This document shows positions 22,669-36,888 of a stretch of DNA of 58,618 nucleotides, piece after piece. The translations under genes and the position numbers were made by a program. The notes below the pieces were generated by a model. It worked only from the letters and a program-made list of their open reading frames with translations, was not told the origin of the DNA and did not search any database. The first letter of the stretch is position 1. Each line of letters begins with the position of its first letter. This DNA comes from Chromera velia (Eukaryota), in assembly GCA_018398765.1 (NCBI GenBank), contig JAHBMJ010000052.1:1-58618 (forward strand). Reading direction: 5' to 3'.

Positions 22669-22980
22669 TGCACATACGCATCCACATACACGAACACCCA
22701 GAGAGGGCAAGCGGGAGAGAAATAGAAGGAAGGAAACACTGACAGAGAGGCTTTTCTTCCTTTCTCTTCACACCCACAGAAGGGCAGACAGACTGACACA
22801 CAGAAAAACAGACAACCGGTAGGTTTCCTGCTTGCAAGGAAGGCTGGAAGGGAGAAAGAAAGAAAAACAGAAAAGAAAGAAAGAAAGAAAGAAAGAAAGA
22901 AACACACACACAAACAAACAAACAAAGCAGGAGACAAAGGAAGGAAGGAAGGAATGAAGGAAGAAAAGAAAAAAAAAAAA

Positions 22981-23024
<44 letters not shown>

Positions 23025-23159
23025 AACAACCAAACAAACAAACAAACAAAGAAACAAACAAACAAACAAACAAACAAAGCAAGAGACAAAGGAAGGAAGA
23101 AAGAAAAGAAAGAAAAGAAAGAAAAGAAAGAAAAGAAAGAAAAGAAAGAAAAGAAAGAA

Positions 23160-23207
<48 letters not shown>

Positions 23208-23212
23208 AAAGA
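22045..23212. repeat. Dense microsatellite cluster: (CT)n, poly-C, (CA)n, (GA)n, (GAAA)n, (AAAC)n, (AAAGAAAAG)n
   Basis: Directly visible; it explains the low-complexity ORFs in the track here. Confidence 0.9.
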
Positions 23213-24420
23213 ACGACGCGGTCATTCAGATGGCGTGGGGAGCGATCATTTTGCTCTCTTCACCTCTTGCCACCCTTCTTGCCAGCTTGTGTGTCGCTGT
23301 ATGCGGTCACTTTTCGTCCCATCTGTCACTATCTCTTCAATGAAAGCGTGTCAGTGTGTCTCTGCGCACGCCTGTGTCCCCCTGGCCCTGCGACTCTGTG
23401 TCTGTCCCTCTCTGTATGCGTACATGCGCGTGTATGTGTGTGGGCACACACAGGGGGAGGGAGAGGGCGCTCGCGCGAGAGAAATGAGCATGAGGGCGTG
23501 TGCATGTCCAAGTGTTTCTTTGAGGGCCTCTTTTCGGGCAGCTGTGACTGACTTGTAGACCGCTTCCGATGCGCAAGTAGAGCTTTCGAGTCTCTGGGTA
23601 GTGAAGAGGGTAGAGGACCATTTTGCCTTTCTCGGTTTCGGAGTTTGACCCGGATTTGCCCTCAAGACAGCAGACCCAACGCGTTCTTCTTTTCCGCGGA
23701 CCTTATTTATGCGAGGCGGTCTTCGGTGCAAAGGCAGATATGAAAGAGAAGGACCCAACAGATGAGGCAGGCTGATCTTTGAGAGCTCGCCGATATTCGA
23801 TGTGGTGGAGATTCAGTCGGACGTACGGGTGGAGTGCATGTGCAAATAAGAATTCTTCTTCTATGGCATTCGAGGGAAGTCTACTCGTGTTGCGCGTGTT
23901 GTGGGACTGTATGCGGAAGTTGCATAGTCGGGTTGATTGCAGCACTGCGTGTTCGCTTCGATCATCCTCGGCCGTCTACCCCAGTCTACTCATGTGTTAT
24001 CGATAATCCAAGAGTTCAGCTGATCCACCATACTACTGTCGCCGTCTCTGCAGCTTTGTGCGCGGAATTGCGCGAAGCGAATTATAACGTGCGTATACAC
24101 GCCTGACACAAACCGCCTAAATTTTGCGCAGAGCCGATTAATCATGCAGCAATTCGGCTTTGAGGAGTCCATGTCCGAGGATTGGAGTGCAGGATCTCTG
24201 CTTTTCATTCGATCGGCATTCTAGACTTGGCTCTCGACAAGAGTCCATAGCTCTCAGAAGAATGAAAGAACGTCTTCGTGATCTGCACTGTTGAGTTGCT
24301 GTAAACAGGTTTTGATCAAGCATTTCCTGCCTGGCAGCCAGAGAACATCGTTTGCACCCCCGCCCCGCCTTGGGTGCATTCCCATTTGAATCCCTTGATC
24401 GGACTCTGACGGGCTGAAGG

Positions 24421-27226
24421 ATGAACTTTGAAGAACTGGAGAGGGAGATCGAGGAAATGGAGGTGGATGAGGATGCTGACGACCAGTCGGAGGAAGGGTC
24501 CGGGGAGGGGGAAGAGGACGAAGAGGATGAGGAAGATGAAGGGGGGGATGACGAGCATGAAGATCACCTGAGGAGGCTTGCTGAGGAATCTGAATTCCAA
24601 GTTGGCCAGACTTCTGGTCAGTGAACGTGCAGGGGAAAAGTCAATCTTATCAGTACCAACGCCCTCCCCCTAATGAGAACTCCCCCCCTTGCCACCTCTA
24701 TGTGATGTGACACGTCTGTGCGTTCAGGTGTGGGGGAGAGTGCGGACATTGATGATGTTATCGAGGCCCTCGGGACAGACTTCCAGACAGGAAACCTGAG
24801 GCACCAACTTGAGCATCTCAAAGAAGGAAAAGTCGGTGCACCGGAGAGGGTTGGAGGGCTGCGAACGAATGTATCCTGAGTATGCCTCTTGCCGTCTCCT
24901 TTTCTTTCCCCTCTTTGCTTCTGTTTGATCCTGCGTTCACAACCTTCCCCTCCGTGTGAGAAACCAAATTTTGCCTGAGCCGCATACTTCTTCGTTGTGA
25001 GTAAGCTTGTAAGGCCCCTCAGTAAACCTCCGGACGAACAGCTAGAGTCCCATGCAGCCCACACCTTTGAATCCCCCCCTCCCTCCCTCCCTCCCTGCAG
25101 GACGCCCTCGATGCCCCGCTTCCGGCTTACCAGTCACGTCTTGTCAATCGAGTTCTCCAATACGAACAGACGAAGGAGGTGCGTTTTCTTCGTCTCTTGC
25201 CCCCTGCTCTGCTTCTTTCTGTGAGGATGTCCGCGTCCGTCTGTTTCACGCTGTCTGCAAATTTGTCGAAGTGCGTCCGCGATTCTTCTGTATTCATACG
25301 CATCTTTTTTCAAGACGGTCTGTTAGATGGAACAGGGTGAGAAAGTATGATATGCACGGGTTCTGTCTGGGTTTCGATGATGCGTCTATTTGTCCATTTG
25401 TCAGTGAAACAAAAGTGGGAAACAGGAACCATGCAGTCCGTCATTGAAAAAAGCAACCATTGCGGAGGCACACAAAAAATCCCATTGTGGCAGGGCTACT
25501 TAGCGAGAGAGTGTCTGTCAGATAGACCTCAGCTTCGACTCTTTCCTGTCCATTCCCTTTTCTCTGAAGGGATGGTGTCCTTCCTTCTCATCGCTGAGGA
25601 AGCTGCGTCCTTGGTACGCATCGGTTTCTCACTGCACCTCCCCGGCTGCTTCCATCCGGCTTTGCGCGAGACGATTTTTCCTCTGCCTTCCCTTCCCTTC
25701 GTTGCAGAAAAACCAAAAGAAATGGACAGCACAGATGCAGCGCGCCCATCAGTCAGAGCAGCTCGTCTTCGGACAGCCCCAGGAGGAAGACCTGAAGGAC
25801 CGCGCGGGGGGTAGTGGGAAGGCAACGCTGGCAAAGTCCTTTAGACCGGTGGGTGGGGTGGGGGGGTGGTTCCTGCGGTTCGTTCTGGTTGTCCACCTTT
25901 TTCTCTCACAGCTAGTCCATTCTGCAGTTTTTCTTTCTTTTTCCCACGAACCGGACAGACAGCTCCTTCTGGTGTTTGTGGTCTGGCAACACATCTGTTC
26001 TTTTTCTCTCTCCCCGGTTTGCTCATCTTTCCACTTGTTGTCCACAGTCCGTCTGACTTCTTCGTTACATTCCATACGGTCCTTCCTTCTTCCCTTGTAC
26101 GGTCTTCATATGGTCGATGAATGGATGGATGGATGGACACAACATGCATGCAGGTGAACGACTTCGAGGCCGAGATCATGGAGGCCATAGAGGCGGCAGG
26201 AATCTCGGAGGAGACCGTGAAGGGAGAAGACGCGCTGAGCGCAAATCCCGACATTCAGGCCAAGGTAAGCAGACAGGTATTGGGGGAAAAAGCGAAAAAG
26301 GGGGGGAATCGGGAGCGTGCCCTTTGACTCGACTTTCCCTTTGTCTTTGTCTTGTGGACGAAAAAGAAAGAAAGAAAGAAAGAAAGAAAGGAAGGAAGGA
26401 AGGAAGGAAGGCTGTTCATGTTCATTTCATGTGCATGAGCGGACAAAGCATGTGCTGCCCCATACAGATCATTCCGTCTGAACCCTCCGCCTCCACTAAC
26501 TATATTTTTCCTTCCACTCTCCCACGTTGGCAGATCGACAAGTCCAAGGAGGCACAGCTGCGGGCTCTGTTGGTGAGAGAGCAGCAGAGGGCAAAGCGCG
26601 TCAACAAGATCAAGTCCAAGACGTTCCGGAAAATTCAGAGGAAGACTGAGAGCAGAGAGAGGGAGAAATTGATGGAAACGCTGGAAGCAGAAAACCCCGG
26701 TAGGCAAATGCGTGCGTGCGTGCGTGCGTCGGGGCGGCATCATTTGCCTTGCTTTGGCCCTGGGAAGAGAGAACGGGGGGCTTTACTGCTGACAGTGAAA
26801 AACTTCTTTCGTATCGTAAAACTCCTTCCTGTCTTGTCTCATCGTCCTTGCGGGTCTTCCTACCAAAATGTACATGAAACTGCCTGTCGGAGAAAATGTG
26901 ATTCCATGGTCACTCGCGCTTTCCCATCTCTGCCCGTCTGATTGCCTGCTTGCCTGCAGAGTTGGCGGAAAAGTTGCGGAAGGAATTCGAGAAGAAACGT
27001 GCGACGATGCGACTAAATAGGGAAACTGCTGCTCGCAGAAAGTGGGCCCAGATGGCCAAAAGGTTTGGAGGGAAGGACATGCAGAGAACTGTGACGGAGC
27101 AGGCACAGAAGGCTCACGACGAAAAGAAGGCTCTCGATCGTCTGGCAAAAAAGAGACCTGGAGAGCTCGACGGTCTGTCTTCTCTCTCCTTCCTTTTCCC
27201 TCCCTCACTCTTTCTCTCCCTCTCTT

Positions 27227-27291
<65 letters not shown>

Positions 27292-28658
27292 ATCCTTCTC
27301 ACTAGTGTTTTTTCTCATTCCGGAACTTTTTTTTTCTAGATTTTTTGTCCAGCATCCGCAACGAAGTTTCTCTTTCGTTTCGATTCTCAGTGTCAGTCAT
27401 GTTTTAGACGAAATCTGACGGGCGTGAGTCCCTCTGCACACGTGTGTCTTCTCATCTCATCTCATCGTTCCACCGTTGTTCCTCCTGCAAGGCAATCAGC
27501 AACTCTTCGATCGGACTCTCCGCTCCCGTGCCGGTCTCTATTTTCCTCTCTTTTCTTCGATAAGCCGTTTCGTTTCAACGGCGAGTGAATGGGAGAGCTG
27601 TTGGGTACGTGCATGGGTGGGTGCAGATATGGACGGAAGTTCAGACGAGGGGGAGGCAGGAGGGTCAGCCGATCTGTCCTCCGATGAGGAGATGACGGTC
27701 AGTCAGTCGGTCTCTCTCGGTGGCAGACAGGGAGGCATTCGGTGGATGGCCTCTCGATGTCGTGCAGCCAAACCAGGCAGGCAGTAGGCAAACCAGGCAG
27801 GCAGACAAAGCAGGCAGTAGGCAAACCAGGCAGGCAGACAAACCAGGCAGGCAGTAGGCAAACCAGGCAGGCAGTAGGCAAACCAGGCAGGCAGGCAGCG
27901 AAGTGGTGATCCCAGCGACGGTGGTGTGTCATCTGAATATGGGTGGGAGTCTGGATCTGCTCCCATTTTCGTTCGCGACCCCTTGTCTCTCCATGCAGCT
28001 TCTCTCTTGTCTTATCATCTCCTCCTTTGCATTTATTTTCCTGCCTCGGTCCCTTCCCTCTCACTCTATCGGTGCAGGACGGGACCAAGGGCAAGGACAG
28101 CTCCACAAAGGCAACTCTTCTGTTGTTGGACGAAATCAAACAAGGAAAAGGTTTGTCTGGTTCGCCCTTCTAGCTCTGATTGTGACAGTGCGTAGGGCCG
28201 ACCGGGGTCGACAAATAGGCGTGGCGAGTGCCAACTTCGGTTTTACACCCAGGCACGCTCTATCCGAATTTCCTGCAGCAAACAATCTTTCAGGGGTGAC
28301 TTATGCATCTGGCAGTATGTATGTCTGTGTGTTCTCATTTTCCACTTCTTTCTTCTTTCAGGGTTTCTGCACGGAAGCAGTCCGGAAGTTTCCCGTCTCT
28401 GTGGAGTGGGAAGTGGAGGGTGCTCCCGTTGCCTATTTTCTTTCTCGGCCATTGAGTTTCCCTCCCGATGCATACAGCATTCGACGACGATATGACAGAC
28501 TTTTTGTCTCTTCTTGACATGACTGGCTGCTGAATGCTGCATGCAGAGGAGCTTCCGGAGAAGGGCATTCTTTCTCTCCCATTTATGCGAAGAGCCATCG
28601 AGAAACAGAGGTGGGCAGGCCAGCCAGGAGGTTGTCAATACCCTGGGAGGCCATTCGT

Positions 28659-28690
<32 letters not shown>

Positions 28691-28739
28691 TTTTTTTTTT
28701 TCTGTTTGAGTGTTCGTTCGTGAAACCGAATGGGGGGGC

Positions 28740-28770
<31 letters not shown>

Positions 28771-31700
28771 AACGAACAAACGAACAAACGAACAAACGAA
28801 CGAACGAACGAACAAACAAACAAACAAAGAAAATCCCTTCATTTTTTCATGTCGCTTTGTCCACGTGTCCACTCACATCCTCCTGTCCTGGTTTCTTCCT
28901 CCGTTCCTCTTGGGTTGGTCTTTGCTTCTGCTCTTCATGGGTGGGGAGTCGCCTTCTTCTTGCATGTCCTCTGATCCTTCTGTCTCAACGTCTTTCTGCA
29001 CGTGAGTACATCGCAGGAAGGATGCAGAGGAACAGGCACTGGAGGTTATAGAGGATCTCCAGAGGGAAAAGTCTGACACAAGTCAGTAGGGCATAAATTT
29101 ATTGCACTTTTCTCCATCTCAACGTGCATGTGACCACGTTTTTGGCCCGTTTATCCCTTTCCTTGACGCGTGTCCGTTTATCTTCTTGCCCTTTCTCCCG
29201 ACGACCGTAGTCTCCTTATAACGGCGCACATGCATGCATCCATGCTGTCAGAGTCGGGGCTCTCAGATCGTGCAGTGGACAGGAGAGGAGAGATCGATTC
29301 GCATCTCCTTCCCATTTTTTCGTGGCCCTGCAAAGAACAACAAGAAAGGGTGGGAGGGTAGGCATACCCTTCCGTCTAGGCTCCCTGTATCCCTGCCCGC
29401 TCTTTCTCTCTGTCTGTCTCTCACCTACCTGCCCATGCATGCAGAGGGCGTCTCCGATCTGTCTGCCGAGGAAGTCCGACGAAGGAACCGAAGACTCCTG
29501 AGGGGAGTGGACCCGACTCTCGGAGGACTGGAGGAACCTGAGGGGGGGGATGAAGCGATGGGGGGAGGGGAGGCAGGCGGAGACACGGAGGGAGTCGGAA
29601 AGAAACAGAAGAAGAGGAAAAACAGATTCACGTGAGTAGGGGAAGCGTTTGAAGCGCTTGACTGACGCTTGCTTGTTAACGTTCCATTTGCTCATGTGCC
29701 TCCCTCCCGGCCTTTCCTTCCTTTTCCTGCCCTTTCTTCATCTTCTCCTCAAAAAACAACAGCTTCCTTCCCGTGAAGTGTTGTGCACTGCTTTCAAACC
29801 TTTTTGTCCATTCGCCTTCCATCAAGGACTGCTTTCTTTTCTTTGCCAGACTCCCTGCCTGCTTTAAATTTCCTCTTCAAATTATTTTTTTGCAGAGCCG
29901 AAGAGCTGGAACGTGCTGCCAAAGAACTTGACGACGCAGGGCTGGACTCGAGGGGGTTCCTCTCGACCTCTACCTCCGCAGCTGCCCCTGCTGCGTCTTC
30001 TTCTTCATCCTCATCATCTGCTGTTCCTGCAGGGACGGGCACAGGAACAGGAGGAGAGATGGAGGCAGACAGCGGTGCGGCAGCAGGTGCAGAACTAGGG
30101 GGACATGCGAGGGCGAAAAGAGCGAAGCACCAGAGAGATCAGGAAGAGGCTGAGCAACTTGAGAGAAGCAAAAAAGGTGCAGAGAAGCCAGGGAAAGGGG
30201 GGTCTCCGCGATTGCAGGCGAGAGGGAAGGGAAAGGCGAAAACCCTCAATCAGTCAGGAACGAGAGGGAAGGGACCTTCTCAAGATCAGGCGGACGACGA
30301 CGCGGCGGCGGTGGCGTCGAATCCCTGGCTTGCTTATGCACAGGGAATACGTGAGGGCTCAGCAGCTGTCCGTGCAGAAGGGAAAGAGAGCTCCTCTGTA
30401 CAGGAGAAAGGGCGAAGCGTTCCCTCCGAGGGGAAGGAAAAGGGAAAGGGGGGAAAGAGTGGGAAGATTGGGGAGAGCAGAGACAAAGCTGAAGCCGTAG
30501 ATGAAGAGACCGCTGATTTTGTGAGTCCTCTTTGGTTCCTTTCGTGTATATTTCCCTGATTTGACGGAAAGATTACGCTTTCTTCCACTTACTCAGGCCC
30601 TTCCCTCGTGCACGTGTTTGTTTTTTATCCTGCTCCCCCGGTTTTTCTACGGAGGGAGAGAGACCCGCGCTTTTTCTTATTCAGACTCCCCAGGCGTCAA
30701 TTGGGTTGCTGTCCTTCTTCTGCTGATTCTTATTTGCACATGCTTGTATGTGCCCAGTGATATCTCCACGGTTTCATTGGTTTGATCTGTTTTCTGTTGC
30801 TTGGCGGTTAGACGTACCCGTGTGAAGTCATTCAGGAAAAGGGAAATCTGGTCGGAACTTCTGCTTCTCTGTTCAGATCGTGCGTTTGTGTGTGTTTTTG
30901 TGTGTGTGTGTGCTTGTGCAGCTGGACGATATCGTGTTGGACGAGGAAGGGGGGGGAGTTGCAGCAGCGCAGCGGAAGTTGATTCGGAAAACGTTTGCAG
31001 AGGGAGAGGAGGGGGACGCAGTGGAAGAGTTTGAAGCAGAACTGAAGGAGAAGGAGAGAGATGAAGCTGAGAAGAAGGCAGCTGCAGAAGCGGGTGAGTC
31101 GATCAGCGCTGCCAATTGCGATCGATCAATGATTTGGGCAGAGAGAGATGCAGTCAATGAGGCAGGCAGTCAACAGTTCCGACTGCCTGTATTCTTCATG
31201 TGGGCAAGAAAGGAAGGAGACGGACGAATTCACAGACTAGATGGATCTTATCTCCAGCCTTGTGTGTCTAACCTTTTTCTTGCCGTTCACCTCACCAATC
31301 TCATTTCTGTCTGTGCCACTCTTCTCCCTCAGGTTTGCCCGGTTGGGGCAGTTGGCATGGCACAGGAGTCGAGGAGAAGGATCGGGGCAAGAGACGGGGG
31401 CAGAAGGAGGGTGTGCAGGTCAGGAAAAGAAAAGGACGATCGACAGAAACCCGGCGTGCGTACAGCCGAGATTCCAACGAAGATTCCCAACAGGGGGGGA
31501 TGTTTGAGTGGGGGGTGTTGATGATCCGTAGAGAGAGTGCGAAATTGAATTGCTGGATTTCTTTTTTGCCTCTAGTTCCATCCAACTTGATCGAATTTCA
31601 TTTTTTCTGTCTCTTTCCTTCCGTCCACCTGCGTGACTCAATGCATGCGGGGTCCCTTGCAGCGAACGACTTCTTATCCCCTCCATTCTCAATGCTTGCT

Positions 31701-33010
31701 CGTGCATTCGTGGTTGATTAAAGCTAGTCTTGTGCTTTTGAAGACCGTTCATGCTTTCTTTCTTTCTTTCTTTCTGACACCGGTCCTTCTGCAGAAGGAC
31801 GGGGTGAGAAAGGAGACGACTAAACATAAGCCCAGGGTGGCGGTGAAGTTCAACCATAAGTTTGACCCCAAAGTCGCCAAGTACTACGTGCCTGAGGTCG
31901 GCCTTGCCTGTCTTCATGATTTTCCTTCCCGGAAGCCGATCGACCCAATCCATTTTTCTTCGTCTCTTCCGGCCACGGTCTCTTGGTCATCTCGCCGCCT
32001 CTGTATTTTCTCTCCCTCTGTCTCTCTCTCTGTGTGTGTGTGTGTGTGTGTGAATCCATCTCTAGAAATTCTGCCGATTGTCTTCCACAGAAGAGATCAA
32101 GTTGACCTTTCTTTCCCATTTACTGCAATCAGCAGTCAGTGAATTTTCTTGCCGGTCAGTTGATCCATCCATCCATCCATCATCCATCCAACCGTGCAGC
32201 TCCCCAGAGAAGCAGGATCGGCTGAACTCCTCGAGATGCAACTGCGGTCAGTTTCTCTTCCGAGCTCCGGAGGGAGGAAAACAGAATGCATGACGGGCAT
32301 CGCATCCATGCATACAACCCGCTACCTTCCTGCTGGCTGAAAGTCCAATCAACTTCCTCTTCTCCTTGTCACTTCTTTCTTCCAAATTTGTCCTCTGTTT
32401 TTCGTCACCTCTCACTTACTTCCTCACTCGCTTCATTCATGCTTCTCACTCACTCACTGATCCTCTCAGGAGGCCCACGGGAGCTGAGTGGAACGCCTCA
32501 GCAGTCCACGAGAGATTTGTTCAACCCAAGGTCGGTCACTCCTTTAAGTTGGTGGTAGGGTGGGTGGGTCACTTTGTTGAATGGGAGTTCGTCAAATAGT
32601 GTCATCCCTCCTCATTCTCATGCATCCAGACTCGTCTCGTCTCCTAGGGGGGTCTCAGAACCTCTCCTTCTCGGCTCTGGACGCTCTACGTTCCCTTGAG
32701 AACATGAAGCAAGGGAGAGGGAGTCTCTTTTTCTTTTCGAAGAACGAATCAGACAGAAAAAACTAAGGTTTTTTTTTTAATTTTTTAGCACGCGCCTCTC
32801 TGTCCGCTCCGCACAGGTGAACGTCCGGATCGGTGCCGTGGTTCCCCCTCTCGAGCACGCAAAGCATCTCCCAAAAAAGGTACGCTGCCTCGCCTGCTTG
32901 CCCGTCTCCCTTTTCAGGAAACGGTCATGATCCCTGCTGCTCTGCCTTCTACGCGTTGTGCGCATGAGCTGCGACCTCGACAGAGATACACTACTCAGCA
33001 GCAGCAGTAA
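24421..33010 (+). CDS. UTP14: U3 snoRNA-associated protein 14 (SSU processome), multi-exon
   Basis: Ordered motifs across GT-AG exons: acidic N-terminus; EQQRAKRVNKIKSKTFRKIQRK; EKKRATMRL...RRKWAQMAKRFG; KGILSLPFMRRAIEKQR; NPWL; LPGWGSWHGTG; PKVAKYYVPE; RPTGAEWN...FVQPKVNVRIGAVVPPL. These match the conserved Utp14 blocks. The last exon and stop (TAA 33008-33010) are tentative. Confidence 0.85.
27770..27898. repeat. Intronic minisatellite of aaaccaggcaggcag(taggc/ac) units
   Basis: About 7 units of 16-20 bp are visible inside a UTP14 intron. Confidence 0.8.
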
Positions 33011-33455
33011 AGAGTCTGCATGGACGAAATCTTTTCAGAACTCGTCATGATTAGTGTGTCAGACGAATTTCTTTTTTCCCATATGTCTCCAAATCGTCCC
33101 GTTTTGCGATCATAATCTTCCCTGTGCAACAAGACGGTCAGCATCCGTAGTTTGCACACATTCACCGAGTCAAGCGGTCGGCAGGTTGGAAAGACCATTC
33201 ATGCGTTGAAAAGAACTGGTGAGCGGGTAATTACTCGCATGACTTCTGGCTCAACTGATTGCAGGAGATGGATTCCCTCCTCCAGGCGTGGGAGAACTCA
33301 AAGGGGAAGAGAAGAACAAAAACGCGGCTATAACTGGTTGATCGTTTCAAAAGGTATCTCAGACATGCATCTCATTCGGAGTCATTCCTTTTTAAAAAGT
33401 GAATCGTTCATTTTAAGATATTTAATTAATTTAAGTTCTTTTTTATGGAGAAGTA

Positions 33456-33490
<35 letters not shown>

Positions 33491-35334
33491 TTTAGCTTAT
33501 TCCATGCTATGATATTAAATGATTTTAATTATGGGCTTTTAGCTAGAAGTTTAATGGCCCTGGGGACGTTTGTTGAGAATTTATCAAAGCTGATATTGAA
33601 AACTTGAAGCTTAAAGATTAAAGATTAAAGATTTCAAAGAGGATTTGAACGGACTTTATCATCATGAATCAGCTAGGGTTACCGATTTTTTTGGTGGTAG
33701 ACAAGCTTCATTACCGGTAACCGGCTAGGTAACCGGTAATTACCGGCAGAGTTTGCTGGCAGTCGGCAAAGACTTGGCAGAAATTGCTACAGCAGAATTC
33801 TAACAGTCACTAACACTCCGTTATAGGTCAATCAATCAATCAATCAATCATAGATGGCACAGTCCGAAGAAGTGCTACTGTACTAGAGCTATCGCCCATA
33901 GAAAATCATATAAACTAATTATACAGTTTGTGATATAGCTAGCTAGTCTGAGCAAGATGGTGGTAGAATCTAAGTTTATGTTATAGCTTGATGCTAGGAA
34001 ATTGGATAAAAGGCTCTAAAAAAAATAACATAAAATAAATTCATCGCCTTATCAAGAATTGTAGTAGGCAGGATAGACAGCCTGAGTATGTGCAAGTAGC
34101 TTATGCAACTGAACTTGGAAGCGGATAGTTTATTTATATAGTGTCCTCAGCTATACATAGAAAAAAATTGATCACACCATATGTATTTTACCTAAAAAGA
34201 CGGACCATGAGCACACCACTGCCCAAACCACTCCACGGCAAAGCCAGCTGAAACTCATAACATGAAAAAAAAAGAATATGAATCATCATTAATCTGGCCC
34301 TGCGATAAGCATGCACCTAGGGAATGAGTCAGTGGTCAATCAGGCATATTATGCCGCACATGCAGTCTAAAAAAAGATAAGTTATAGAATACAGTTGGAG
34401 GAGGAAACTGCATTTAAGATTAGTTCCTAGCACGTCCGCCCCACTCTTAACCTTCTATCTGTCTATACAACAAAACAGCACTGGCCCCTGGCTACATTGT
34501 CATATGCTAAGTTCTATTCGATCGATCAGTCTTTCATGTTTGAGTTGTCCACTCAATTTCGCCCACAGTGACGCAAGGTAGTTTATTGCTATTTGTTGTG
34601 CGAATATGTATTTGTATCATCTGGCGGAAATGCTGGGCCGTCTGGCACTTAAGCTAAATACCGAGAATATGCCGAGAATGCCGGAACATTGTCCGAACAC
34701 AACCCTGTTTGTATGTAGACCAGAGATATACAAAAGAACTAAAAAACAGGTACTGCAACACTCAACTATTTGAGAAAAAAAAAAAAAAGACTTTCTGTAT
34801 TGAAAATATCCTGAAACGACTTCAAACAACACAATGAAACGTTTCACAAGGCGTTGTCATATAGGTGTTGTTTGGGGGTGTAGCTTGAAATTTAAACGAT
34901 GGGCGGCGCCGCATCCCCGGAGCCGGTGGGCGCGGGCCGCGGGTGGCAGGCGGAACCGGCCGGCCCGCCGGCCCGCCAGCCTGCCAGCAGCCAGCACATG
35001 AGGGCTGTATAGGTAAGCACCCCCCGCTTCGCTTTCCCGGGCCATAATTTTGAAGGCCAATTCTTGAAGGTTCTTTGTGCATGATCCTCTGTGTTTTCGG
35101 AGCGAGTCATTGCAGAAAATTGCAGGGTTTTTGAGGCATAAACAGATTGATGAATATGTACTTGACATCAGACTCAGGGTTGGCAAGATCCGCATCTCCT
35201 TGTCCCTTCGAACCGACACACTATCTACCACTTGACTTGCCGTCTCTGCACTCCACCCAACGCACCGAGGAGCATGTATGAATGTATCGTATTGTAATGT
35301 CCTCTCGCAGCCCTCAGAGTTTGAATTGTCTCTG

Positions 35335-36845
35335 ATGGCAAGTGCGCGAGAGGCGTCGCTGATTGAGGAAGCGGGTTGGTCCTATTCTGCCGTTGAGAAA
35401 TTCATTCCCAATTTTTTTTTACACAAGTCACCCTTTGTGCAGGCACAGACGGAGGCGGTCGTGGAGACGCACGCTCTCGGAGATTCGAGCTGCCGTGCGA
35501 AGTGCACAGGCGAGGAAAGTATGTCACTTTTGTGTGCGCACCATTTTTCCTCTCCTCGCCTGCCATGTGACTCTCCTGTCGCTTCAATTCCTGTCCGTCT
35601 ACTTGGGTTGTGCTCGCCGACTTCCTTTTCTTTCTCCCATTCTCTAGTTTCCTTTTGCCTTGCTCCCTCTTTTCTCCTTGATTTCTTCTATGCTTGTCTT
35701 TACTGCTTCCCAAAGTGCCCGTTCTCTCTATACATATCTGTCTCTCATCGGATGAATCTGTCTATCTATGCGTGCGTGTGTGTATGTGTGTGTGTGTAAC
35801 GTGAAGGACAGAAAATCAAGAAACATATAGTCAGTTAGTCACTTTTTCAGGCAGTCGTTCAGTTTCTCCGTCTGCTTCACTGTCTGCCTGTCTGTCTGTC
35901 TGTCTGTGTGTTAGTCTGTTTGTCCATCAGTCTGCAAAAAGTAAAAAGTGAAGGGTTATAACTTGTGTGAGGAGAGAACGGGACTTCGAGAAGAAGGAAT
36001 CGAAGATGAAGCAAAGGTAATCAAAAGAGAGGAAGACAGACCGTACCCTCATGACTGTATCATTCTTTTTTCCCTACCCCCGTAGCGAAAAGAAAAGAAA
36101 AGGAAAGAAAAACAAACGAATTCGCCCAGAAAGACCGTGGAAGGGCACAAACGTAAGCCTCCACTGAGAAGAAGGGCCGCAGAAGACGAAATCTGGCCTG
36201 GAGCTCTAGTACCCATCTACGGACAGCTTGCCAAAAGAATAAAGAAAAAGAACTCAGAAAGAGAACACAAAGGCGTCTCCTTCTGCACATCTGGCTCTCT
36301 ATCTGTTTGTCTGTTTGTCGTATGATTTGTAATTTTTGCTTCTTTTCTCTTGACCTTTTTGTTTCTTGTGGTAGAGATGAGTAGCGTGTGACTTCAAATG
36401 ATCGCGTGAAACCTTCTCGGGAGAGGAGACGCAAGTCGCGATTAAGTCTGTTTCATTCGGGCCCCCTTTCGCGCTGTCTGATGTCGGTGGTTTCTTAGAT
36501 TGTCCGTAGGACTCTTTTCTGGTCTTGTTTTTCGTCTGAAAGGAAAAAGAAGAAAGATCAAAGAAAGAAAAAAAAGAAGTCATATCTCTGCCTCTGTCGG
36601 TTTGTGTGTCGGTCGGTCTCTCTATCTATATGTCTGTCTGTCTGTCTGTCTCCACCTGTCTCTTCCTGTCTTCCGTCTTTTTAGCTGAGAGCAGGGAAAG
36701 AGGTTCACATTTACGCTCGTTGTGATCGAGAACGAAGGGAAGTGGAAACAAAAAGCAGTGTGGTCTTTCTGTCTGTCGGTCGGTGGGTCTCTCTCTCTAT
36801 CTGTTTTTCTCTCTCTCGCTGGCTCGCCAGCTCCGGGGCTCTGTT

Positions 36846-36888
<43 letters not shown>

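Noticed and set aside
21665..24323. A minus-strand gene divergent from UTP14
   Set aside because: Some exon-like pieces exist (21697-21960, about 22320-22400, 23550-23700), but I could not join them into a consistent frame or recognise a domain.
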